Below are positions 8,222 to 19,700 of a stretch of DNA of 32,288 bases, piece by piece; within the stretch, counting starts at the first letter, position 1; each line of letters opens with the position of its first letter. The DNA is from a virus (Duplodnaviria; Caudoviricetes): IMG/VR virus record IMGVR_UViG_3300032320_001782, positions 1 to 32,288 of that record, one strand, 5' to 3'. The translations under genes and the position numbers were made by a program. The notes under the pieces are model-generated. The model was not told the DNA's origin, did not search any database, and saw nothing but the letters and a program-made list of their open reading frames with translations.

Positions 8222-9725
8222 GATTGTTTAAGTCAATCTCAAAGGGGAGATTTTGGTTTAATAAATCTTTTCTAATGTTCTCTTTAAAAAAATTATAGTG
8301 TTCTCTAGAGTACTCGTACATGTCAAATTGTACAAGCTCTTCTCTTGCTAGTTCTGGATCTATAAGATTTAGGCCAGCTAAGCTCCACTTCCAAAGATTA
8401 TTAGCTCCCCAATGCTCTTCTGAATCATATAAATATGTTGGAATCTTGGTTTTTGCTTTTTCAATATAGTTTTGAACAGTTGGAGTTACTAGGTTTTCGT
8501 TTTTAATATATCTCCAAAACTCAGAATCATCACGTCCACCTTGATAATGTAGTACCGTAAAATCTAATAAATTTTCATACATTTTTATAATATTTTTATT
8601 GTAATTTTTAATATTTGCTTCTGTAACAGTAGTTTCAACCTTGCTAGTTAGGTGCTCTAAACAAAATGAATATACTTGAGCAATAGTTGCATGAATAGAT
8701 GTAGCCTCTAATGGCTCAATGAAGGAGCTTGCAAGACCAGTAACAAGGCAATTTTTCTTCCAGACATGTTCTAATCGACCAGAATCGAACTTAAGATGTT
8801 TAATAGGTTCTATAGGGTGTCCCATAATTTTTTCTGCTTCAGCTTGTGCATCGTCTTCAGAGATAAAACTACTACTATAGACATAACCACATCCTCTTCT
8901 ACTGGCAAGGGGTGTTCTCCACATCCACCCAGAAGACAAAGCCTCTGCTTCAGTTATTGGTTGTATTTTTTTATTTTCTTTATATTGAACAAGAAAAGGC
9001 ATAGCTCTGTCTACAGGAAGATAGTCTTTATAAGAGTGCCATTTAATCTCTAGCTTATTAGCTAAAACTCTTTGCATACCAGTGCAATCTACGAAAAAAT
9101 CTCCTTCTAAAATTGAATCATCTTCGGTGAGAACTCCACTAATGTTTCCATTAGATTTAATTTTTACATCTTTAATAATTGAATCTACAAACTTTACACT
9201 GTGATATTTAACTAGGTAGTCTTTAATATATAGTCCTACTTTAAAGGCATCAAAATGAAGTCCAAACTCTTTTTGTATTGGAAGTTTATTATTATCATAT
9301 GATTGTCCTATTGCACTGCAAAGGTATGCTTTATCTAAACCATATTCAGAAATAACATAATTAAAAAGTTGATCAGGAGAGTGTCTTATTGTCTCGGATG
9401 CAGTAACGGGGGCAAAGTATGATCCTTTATCTTTTGCCCAGTTAATATGCTTTAAAGCATATTTTGGAATGCCATCTGTTTTGTCAATAAAATCTATAAT
9501 ATCAATCTCTGGAACAAGATTATTTTTAAGAAGTTTACTGTTGTTATGAAAAAAATAACCGCTTAGGATATCGATAATTAAACCGCTAGAAGCTTCTCCA
9601 GCACCAATAATTCCAATTTTAGAAGACTCGACGACCGTAATGTTGTGTTGATGAGGATTTGTTCTAGCTATTATGAAGGCGGACAACCATCCAGCTGTTC
9701 CGCCTCCACATATAACTATATTCAT
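8199..9725 (-). CDS. Flavin-dependent halogenase (tryptophan halogenase/PrnA-like)
   Basis: GGGTAG FAD motif, IGAGEA, catalytic-Lys region PKYALKHINW, FVDCTG, WMWRTP (WxWxIP-like) and FIEPLEATSI. Start moved to ATG 9725 (ATGA overlap), 508 aa. Confidence 0.88.
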   Translation of the reverse strand: MNIVICGGGTAGWLSAFIIARTNPHQHNITVVESSKIGIIGAGEASSGLIIDILSGYFFHNNSKLLKNNLVPEIDIIDFIDKTDGIPKYALKHINWAKDKGSYFAPVTASETIRHSPDQLFNYVISEYGLDKAYLCSAIGQSYDNNKLPIQKEFGLHFDAFKVGLYIKDYLVKYHSVKFVDSIIKDVKIKSNGNISGVLTEDDSILEGDFFVDCTGMQRVLANKLEIKWHSYKDYLPVDRAMPFLVQYKENKKIQPITEAEALSSGWMWRTPLASRRGCGYVYSSSFISEDDAQAEAEKIMGHPIEPIKHLKFDSGRLEHVWKKNCLVTGLASSFIEPLEATSIHATIAQVYSFCLEHLTSKVETTVTEANIKNYNKNIIKMYENLLDFTVLHYQGGRDDSEFWRYIKNENLVTPTVQNYIEKAKTKIPTYLYDSEEHWGANNLWKWSLAGLNLIDPELAREELVQFDMYEYSREHYNFFKENIRKDLLNQNLPFEIDLNNPISFYLT

Positions 9726-10801
9726 TCTTTTTCTTTTTCTGCCAACTCGGACTGCATTAGACAAAAATCTAAATTATTTTTTAACCTTTCATTGCTTGGC
9801 TCTAAGTCGTAAGCTACCTGAGCGTATTCGGATGCTTCTTTGTACAGTCCTAAGTTGTAGCAAGCTATAGCTGCATAATCATACGGTGCAGCACCCCAAG
9901 CGTCTGCTTCACAAAGATACTCAAGAGGTTTTTCTACAATAGCTAACGCTTCTCTAGCTGTTTCTAAAGAATTAGTCCAATCATTTCTTTCGTAGTAGAG
10001 TTTTGCAAGATCTACCCATGGCTCTCTACGACCTGGTGCTTGTATGATTGCTTTTCTAAACCAAATCTCTGCTTCTTCTGGAAGTGATTTACCAATAAAA
10101 CGCATGGATGCGGCACGCTCTGGTGCCCAGTGAGCTGTTGGTAAATCTAAATGACGCTTAAGCTCTCTAGCTGCTTCTTCATACTTTCCATAAAAATACA
10201 ACTCTCGTCCATAGTAAAACGCATTGCGATCATTGTACGGATCTTCTTTAACTGAAAGAGCTAGAAGCGGTAAGTATTGAGCACGAGACTTACTTGGATC
10301 AGGATGATGATGTGTTGCAAGTCCATCTGTCCACTCTTGTTTTTCTTCAATTCCATAGCTATACAGACACTCGTGAACTGGGTGACGCCATCTGTATCCC
10401 TTACGAGCATGGATATGATCATAACTAAACTCAAGACCAGGAGTTCCATCATCATTAAACGACCAAACATGCTTATACCGTGGTCGTGTTACTCCTCGGC
10501 TCCATAGTTCTTCTATAACTGGTCTCCAATTTGGAGTAATTACTTCATCCATATCTAAAGAGATACACATGTCAATATCTTCAGGTAGGAGTGCTAGCGC
10601 AGCGTTTCGTGCATCGTCAAATCTCCAAGGCATATTTTTAATACTATGAACTACAATTCCAAGCTCTCTAGCACGCTCTATAGTACCGTCTGTTGATCCA
10701 GTATCTGCAATCATTAAGTAGTCAGCATCTTTAGATGCTTCAAACCATTTATCAACAAACTGGCGCTCGTTGAGTGCAATCGTGTAAATAGCTACTTTCA
10801 T
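9722..10801 (-). CDS. GT2 glycosyltransferase with C-terminal TPR repeats
   Basis: IALNE, ADTGSTDGT, FDDARNAAL, DxD motif SLDMDE and WRHPVHE, followed by helical TPR-like repeats (FYYGRELY..., WVDLAKLYY..., YNLGLYKEA...AYDLEP). Confidence 0.9.
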   Translation of the reverse strand: MKVAIYTIALNERQFVDKWFEASKDADYLMIADTGSTDGTIERARELGIVVHSIKNMPWRFDDARNAALALLPEDIDMCISLDMDEVITPNWRPVIEELWSRGVTRPRYKHVWSFNDDGTPGLEFSYDHIHARKGYRWRHPVHECLYSYGIEEKQEWTDGLATHHHPDPSKSRAQYLPLLALSVKEDPYNDRNAFYYGRELYFYGKYEEAARELKRHLDLPTAHWAPERAASMRFIGKSLPEEAEIWFRKAIIQAPGRREPWVDLAKLYYERNDWTNSLETAREALAIVEKPLEYLCEADAWGAAPYDYAAIACYNLGLYKEASEYAQVAYDLEPSNERLKNNLDFCLMQSELAEKEKE

Positions 10802-10803
10802 TT

Positions 10804-11388
10804 TTACCCTATCTTTCTAAACCAGCGTTGATAACCTTTAAGTATTTCCACTACTCTATCACCATATATGTTGCTGAACGCATCGATTGCCATTTTTGGC
10901 TCTTTTCTAACCCCTAAACCAGCAGACCATTCGTAATCGTCAAAGCCAATAATGCCTCCAACTTCTAAGCATTCATATGCGGCAACCGCGTCTTTGAGAA
11001 CACCATAAGCGGTATGATCACCATCAACATATATAAAGTCAAACTTGTCTGTGTTGGATTTAAAAAACTCGTCGCTAGTGCCTTTAAACTTAATAATTTT
11101 TTTATTTTCTAGTCCTTCTGCAACTTTTTCATCATATAAGGACTCTACAGTCTGCCAATTCATTTTATGGTGAACAGGCTCGTCAGAACCTTCCCATGTG
11201 TCAATATCTACTAAAACAGAGTTTGAGTTCTTAAGAAGGTTCTCATATATCCAAAGGGAGGCATCCCCTGTATAAGCCCCGACTTGTAGATACTTAGCTG
11301 GCTTACCAGGAACGTAATTTTTTAAAAGAAATGTAGCAAAATTTACTTGTCCGTCATTCTTAAACCAGTTTACATAATCTTCAGTCAT
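10804..11388 (-). CDS. Class I SAM-dependent methyltransferase (Methyltransf_24-like)
   Basis: YLQVGAYTGDAS, DIDTWEGS, FDFIYVDGDH and GGIIGFDDY. Confidence 0.85.
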   Translation of the reverse strand: MTEDYVNWFKNDGQVNFATFLLKNYVPGKPAKYLQVGAYTGDASLWIYENLLKNSNSVLVDIDTWEGSDEPVHHKMNWQTVESLYDEKVAEGLENKKIIKFKGTSDEFFKSNTDKFDFIYVDGDHTAYGVLKDAVAAYECLEVGGIIGFDDYEWSAGLGVRKEPKMAIDAFSNIYGDRVVEILKGYQRWFRKIG

Positions 11389-11415
11389 TTTATCTCTTTT
11401 CGTTATAATAAGGAT

Positions 11416-12974
11416 CTATCCTGAAATGATATATTTTTTCTGCCCTTTCATAGGCATATTGACTATTTTTACATCCCCTCCTTGAACACTTAAAGTACTC
11501 GTATAGTCATTAGCCAGACCAGTAGTGTATAGGATTGATTGAGAATTGGCTAATATCCATCTCTTTATTTGGCTCGGAGTCCAATCTGGGTACACCTGCT
11601 TAAGTAAGGCGCATATGCCAGCTACTTGAGGAGATGCCATAGATGTGCCACCAATTACTGCTTGTTTGTATGAAGCATTTAGGTAGTATGCACTAGTAGA
11701 CGCTCCATGTTCGTTTGTAGTGCTCATAGCACTCATAATTCTCTCTCCAGCTGCATAGACATCTACTGCTGGACCGCAGACGCTAAAACTACTTCTCGCC
11801 TCGGTTGTTGAGACAAAAGCGGTTCCCATAGAACCAACGTCAAAACCATTACCGCTACCGCAGTTAGGAGATGACCCTCTGTGGTAGAAAACATTTCCTA
11901 AACTTGTAACTGTTATATAGTTATTATAATCTACTCCGCTAGGAACATCTGCTTTCATACCAGTATTCCCAGCAGCATTACATACAATAACTCCTGCTGC
12001 AATTAATAAACTTACATCTGCATCTACAGAAGGAATATTGTATTCAAAACCATATAAGGTTGCTGACTGCTGATCTCCAGTATGTCCCTTAGCAGTGTCT
12101 TTAGTGGTTCCAGACCAAGGAGTTCCTCTATATGAACCACCAGTTATTGAAAAATAATTTACTAGATTTTGAGTCATTTGATTTGTGGATGTGTCCCAAT
12201 AAATGTTATATCCCCAGCTATTATTAATAATAGTAGGTCGTCCATTTGTTTTTGCATTATGCCAGCCTAAGATGCAGTCAAAAGCATCAAATACACTTAT
12301 ACCGCCATTAGGATCTGCTGTACCTTGAAGTCCGTTAAGTTTAATAGAGTATATATTTGCATTTTTAGCCCAGCCAAATGTTTTACCAGCCACTGTTGCA
12401 GCAACATGGGTCCCGTGGCCATCATAATCAGTGTAGTGACCAGTTGGCATGGTTCCAGGAACTCCACTTGCAGTAAACCAATTTATTTGTTGAACCCTGC
12501 TTGCACCAGAAGAATCTTGAAACTCTGGATGATCTGCCTGAATACCGCTGTCAATAATAACTACATCTACACCAGTACCATCTAATACATAGTCGTATGT
12601 CCCGCCTGGATCTGCAGTACTTGTGCCAAAAACATTAGTAGCAGATGTATGACGAAGCAAGCCCCAGTTCTGTTTTTCACCTGATGAGGTGGTTGTTTTA
12701 TTAAAAGCTCCATCTTGAAAAGCAAATTTACTAGGTACAAGATTTTCTAAATTTGCTACATCTACAACTCGCGGATTTTCTTTTAGTTTCTGTGCTTCTT
12801 CTTCAGTGAGTAAATAAACAGTATTTCTAGGATTTATTGCTCTTTCATTTGCTACTTCTACAGCTCTATCTGGGATACTCTCTGCAGTTGAAGAGCTACT
12901 TAATAGATCGTCCCACAGTGAGTCTGTATCCTCTATACCCTCTGTAGTTACCGTGTAAGGATACAGTTCACTCA

Positions 12975-12975
<1 letters not shown>
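11416..12975 (-). CDS. Subtilisin-like serine protease (S8) with N-terminal propeptide
   Basis: Catalytic triad DVVIIDSG / HGTHVAAT / GTSMASP and oxyanion AAGN. The N-terminal ...LTEEEAQKLKENPRVVDV resembles an I9 prodomain. GTG start coupled to the upstream TAG. Confidence 0.92.
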
Positions 12976-14761
<1,786 letters not shown>

Positions 14762-14762
<1 letters not shown>

Positions 14763-15004
14763 TATTGACCACCATCTACTAAAGAGACTTTTCCTTCATA
14801 GCAGCAGTGATCTGCTCCTTCAAGGGTTTCTACAGCTGTATTGTATACACCTTCAAGAAAATCTTCACGACCAGTTGCCCATACTACGTCCGAAATTAAT
14901 ACCGTTTTATTTTCGGAGATGTTTTTAATAGTTAAGTTAAGCAAAGGAGCGTTTTCGCTTTCCTCTGCTTTCCACTGAAAGTTACCTACGGTTTCCATCA
15001 TCAT
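14762..15004 (-). CDS. Hypothetical acidic protein (about 80 aa)
   Basis: Overlap-coupled to both neighbouring collagen genes. Confidence 0.7.
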
Positions 15005-16740
15005 GGTAGTGACACAATGCTCTTGACGGTGATAACTCCAGACATGCCACTATGGATTGAGCAGAGATATCCATAACTTCCACTTATACTTGCTGGCACT
15101 TGCCAGTACAAAGTTCCACTGGTTTTCCCCTGAGCACTAGAACCAGTAGATACAACTCCAGCTGTTGTAACATGAATTAACCCTGTATCGTAATTTGCTC
15201 CTGCAAATCTAATTAAGAAAGGGTGACCAGCCACGTTTAATCTAAAACCTATAGTTGTACCTGAGATTGCATATAGTACTGGATTATTTCCACTGTACTG
15301 ATTACTAAAAAGATATGCAGAGTTGCCGTTAGCAGTAACATCTAACATAGTTATTGCGGGATAAGCAAACTCGTCGACAGTGAGTCCAGCAGATGTTGCA
15401 TCACTGGCTGCACTAAATGTTGTTATTCCTGCTGTTCCAGTAGCACCCGTTGCGCCTGTCGCTCCCGTGGCGCCAGTTGGACCTGTAACAGTACTTGCTG
15501 CACCTGTTGCACCTGTCGCACCTGTAGCCCCCGTTGGGCCCGCTACTGTGCTAGCTGCACCCGTAGGTCCAGTTGGTCCAGTTACGCTTGCTCCTGTAGG
15601 TCCCGTTGCTCCAGTTGCACCTGTAGCTGAAGCAGAACCTGCTGGACCAGTTGACCCTGTTGGTCCCTGCGGTCCTGTAGATCCTGTAGGACCTGTAACT
15701 GTGCTTGCAGCACCCTGTGCACCCGTTGGGCCTGTAGGACCTGCGGGTCCTGTATTTCCAGTTGGACCTGTAACAGTGCTTGCAGCACCTGTCGCACCAG
15801 TAGCACCTGTTGGACCAGTTGGGCCCGCTACCGTGCTTGCTGCTCCTGTTGGTCCTGTTGGTCCACCTGATGGACCTGTTGGTCCTGTAGGACCTGTAAC
15901 ATTTGAATTAGCTCCCGTTGCACCCGTAGCACCTGTAGGGCCAGTAGGTCCAGTAACAGTCGAAGGTGCACCCGTTGGACCCGTAACACTTGGACCCGTT
16001 GCTCCTGTAGGTCCTGTTGCTCCTGTTGCTCCTGTCGCACCAGTCGGTCCTCCTGAAGGACCTGTCGGACCTGTGACAGTTGATGCTGGTCCCGTAGGTC
16101 CAGTCGGTCCTGCTTGTCCAGTTGCACCAGTCGGACCCGCAGGTCCAGTTGGACCATTAGCTGGGCCTGTAGCACCAGTCGGTCCTGTAGGACCTGTTGC
16201 ACCACTACCACTACTAACAGCTCCAGAGCCGACAACGTCCCATGTTGTAGGAGTTTTTACTTCTAAATTATTTGTTTCGGTGTTAAATCTTAAATAACCT
16301 ACATCTGCAGTTGCAAGCCGTTGAGCTGTAGTGCCTTTATCAACGTATATAGTGTTATAGTTTCCTAAAATAGTTTTATTAGTTAATATCTGAGCTAGGT
16401 TTTCTGGTTGACCAGCGTCGTCTTGAGATACACCACTGGCGCTAAAAGAAACATTTGCTGTTGAAGATCTGACATATAGAGAGTCTCCTTGATTTACTGG
16501 AAACCTAAAAGTTTCAAAAGACTGTCCTAGGCTTAAAGTTATATTATAACCAATATAAGCATACTGAGAAGGAATTGAAGCATTAGCTGGTACTACCCAA
16601 ATGCTAACTTTTGTTAACGGAGTAGCTACTACAGCTTTATTTGCAGCAATAACAGATACAAGATATGAGGATTGAAATGACTCTATAACAGTATCTGTAT
16701 TAGCAGCAGGAGAGGCAACACCTAATCGTATAATTGGCAT
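15001..16740 (-). CDS. Collagen-like fibre protein with C-terminal cupredoxin-like domain
   Basis: Gly-X-Thr tract. The C-terminus has NPVLY...GHPF...[22 protein letters not shown]. Confidence 0.88.
   Translation of the reverse strand: MPIIRLGVASPAANTDTVIESFQSSYLVSVIAANKAVVATPLTKVSIWVVPANASIPSQYAYIGYNITLSLGQSFETFRFPVNQGDSLYVRSSTANVSFSASGVSQDDAGQPENLAQILTNKTILGNYNTIYVDKGTTAQRLATADVGYLRFNTETNNLEVKTPTTWDVVGSGAVSSGSGATGPTGPTGATGPANGPTGPAGPTGATGQAGPTGPTGPASTVTGPTGPSGGPTGATGATGATGPTGATGPSVTGPTGAPSTVTGPTGPTGATGATGANSNVTGPTGPTGPSGGPTGPTGAASTVAGPTGPTGATGATGAASTVTGPTGNTGPAGPTGPTGAQGAASTVTGPTGSTGPQGPTGSTGPAGSASATGATGATGPTGASVTGPTGPTGAASTVAGPTGATGATGATGAASTVTGPTGATGATGATGATGTAGITTFSAASDATSAGLTVDEFAYPAITMLDVTANGNSAYLFSNQYSGNNPVLYAISGTTIGFRLNVAGHPFLIRFAGANYDTGLIHVTTAGVVSTGSSAQGKTSGTLYWQVPASISGSYGYLCSIHSGMSGVITVKSIVSLP
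15944..15996. repeat. 53-bp perfect direct repeat A, copy 2
   Basis: Identical to 13513-13565, including all third codon positions. Confidence 0.9.
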
Positions 16741-16749
16741 CTTGCCCTC

Positions 16750-19700
16750 CTACGCCTGTGCTTCAGACCATGATAGCTTAGCTGATGAAAGTGTTGGGTT
16801 ACCTGTTAAACGAGATACCGCGATGGTAAGGATATCAGGTCCGTCAGGGAAAATTGAGTCTCCACCAAGGATTGAGTTTGAAAGCTCGAACAGAGAGCTA
16901 ACATCTACAGTTGTTGTTCCGTCAGTGCTTCCACCACCTGGCGCCGCTAGGAAGTTGTAAACCTGAACTCCACCAGAAACAGTGTCTTGAGCAGTATGCT
17001 CGATAATTTGAGTAAGTGATGGAGAATCTACTCCAATAAATGACAAGTTATTAAGACGTGTATTTAAAAGAATCTTAACTTCAATAAGCTGATTAGTAGA
17101 TACGCTAATCTCCTTAAGACGAAGCTGCATTCGGTTAATAACATCTCGATCTCCAAGCTTTCCTGTCAAACCAGATGATACCGATGGGCTCAAGCGGATT
17201 GATAGAAGAGGCTGGTAGTTAGGACCAGAAGTGTTGTTTGCAGATCCATCTGGATACAAGAAGTATGTGTACTGAGTATTACCTTGACTTGTAAAGTTGA
17301 TAATTTGAGATATAGCAGCACCTGGCTGAGCAATACTAACTACTGACTGTGAGCCAGGAACGGTGTATGTGAAAACTGTATCGCTGGTTCTAGTAACTGT
17401 GAAAGGCCCGTTTATCAAGTTTGCTGCAGTCAATCCATAGATTCCTACATACATTCCTGTAGTTAGGTTGTGGTTAGTAGCTGTTGTTACAGTAATTGTT
17501 GAACCTGTACGCTCAACTGTAGCTCCAACTGTAATAGTTGCATTAAGAGGAGTTAAGTGGATCAAGTTAGCTGAGTTAACAAAAGCTCTATACTTAGCGT
17601 TGTTAGTTAGGTTTGCTAATGTATTAGAGCCCACTATCTGAGTAGCTGGGTTGAGTGAGTTAACACCAAGCAAACCGTTTGCTCCTAGTGCTTGGAACTG
17701 TAGTACTTCTCCTGTAGTAAATCCGTGGCTTTGAACAGTCATCAAGTCTGTTGTCAAGCTAATTCCAGCAGATGAGAAGGACTTTGCAGTAGTTCCAACA
17801 ATGTTAAGAGTCTGGCTTGATCCTGTAAAGAGGTAAGCATTATCATCATCAAAACGGCCATCCATCATTACCGAAGTACCCCAGTGGAACAGAGATGGAA
17901 TATATGTAGGGTTATCGTATGTAACTACTTCATAACGAGCTGGCATGTTACCAGAACGCAAGTATGACTCAAATAAATTGTTGTTGTGAACAAACTCGTG
18001 TACATACTGAACTTGACCATCGGTAGTCTTAAAACCGAAGCGAATCTTACCCGCACCGTACCAAGAGTAATCGATGTAAGCCATCTGAATACGGCTTAGG
18101 TCTAGGTTATATCCTGTTGCACCAGTTCCATCACAAGGGTCGAGTGACCAATCCTCTTGAGGTATACGAGTGTTTACAGTTTTTGTACCGATAATGCCTG
18201 ACTTAGCAGGGACAAATGAGTGAACTGTTGTAGTTCCAACGCTTGAAAGGTTTACAAAATCAACAGCATCTGGAGATGCTTTAAGCTTAAAGCTATTATT
18301 ATCAATAAGAGATACATAGTATGTACGGCCGTTAATAAGACCACCAATTGGCTCTCCATCAATAGAGTTGTATGAAACTGGTAATAAATCACTAAAACCA
18401 TGTCCAATAATTGAAAACACGTCTGTTGTTGTGTTTACAGATGCTGCAGGGTTAAACTCTTTTTCTGCTCCAGAAGAACCCTTATACTCTGGTCGCACAG
18501 ATAGACGGGTCTGACTTGTAATTTCTACAACTCTGTATGACTGTCCACGCATAACAAGATAGTCACCCACTGCCAACTGAGCTTGGAAGCTAGTGTTTGT
18601 TCCAAATATAACTTCGTTTCCTTGAAGTGCAGCTAAAGTTCCAGCTATCTGCTGAGTTGAAGAACGACGGACTGCATAGATCTTCTGTCCATCGTACTCG
18701 AAGAACATACCGTTCTGATCATCAAACATTCCAGTGCGTACAGCTCCATTTGTCCAGTTCTTTACATAGAATTGAGGGAATCCATATGCTCTATCTTGTC
18801 CAATTGCACCATTTGCAGAGACTCTAAATGTTGTAAGATCTACTACAGTTACTGAGAATTCTCCATTGTAGACAGTACTTACATCTCCAAAAGAGTCAGT
18901 TGCTTCAGATACCTTAATAGTCAAACCAGACAATAGACCGTGTGGTCGACGTGTCTTACACTCGATAGTAGTACTACTAAACTTTGTCATGCTCTCAAGG
19001 TCAATTGATGGCTTGAAGTTAATACCGCAAGAGGTCTGAATACCTTTACCTGACTGATAACGGAAATACTTACGAGTCTGACGAATAATCTGTGCGTTCG
19101 ATGTGCCAGCTCCAGCAGACATTTCAACACCACCATCAAATGGACGGTGTAGTGAGTATCCTTCTGGACGAACATATACGAATGTTGGATACGAATATGA
19201 TACAGAACTAAATGCAGTAGCGTAAGGGCGATCTACAGAAATTTGTGTATCAGAGCCGATAGCTGTAATACGACGAATGATTGGACCCACTGGGATAGTC
19301 TCTGTCAAGCTAAAGTAAGGAATAGATCCAACTGTACCTTGAGTTGAGATTGCTACAGCATTTGTATTAGCTATTGCATCTGCAGCAGACGAGTGAAGAG
19401 TAATTGTGTTTGCATCAATTGCACGAGTAAAGTAGTAGTACTGATCAACGAGTGGAGCTGGTGATACACCGCCATTTGCTGAGTAGACTACTGTATCTCC
19501 TGTTGCAAAACCATGAGAAGTCTTTGTAATTCTGTTAGTTGCAGTATTGATATCAACAGAGACAAAGTTAACATTTGTAACAGTGTTAGGTGGGAATAGA
19601 CGGAAACGGTCTCCCACTTTAAGAATCTTAGAGAACGAGGTACCAGTTCCGTTAACAAGCACCGAGCCAGAAACAGTGGTGACTGTACCTCCACCAGTAA

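Noticed and set aside
9726-9764. MSNAVRVGRKRKR extension on the halogenase (NLS/Tat-like)
   Set aside because: It lies inside the GT gene. The FAD-binding fold begins at MNIVICGGG with an ATGA overlap.
15380-16297. Long + strand ORFs of PVGPVAPV repeats (also 13453-13848, 28041-28655, 29659-29919, 30848-31099)
   Set aside because: These are antisense shadows of GGN-CCN-ACN collagen codons, which lack stops in that frame. I see no independent evidence that they are genes.
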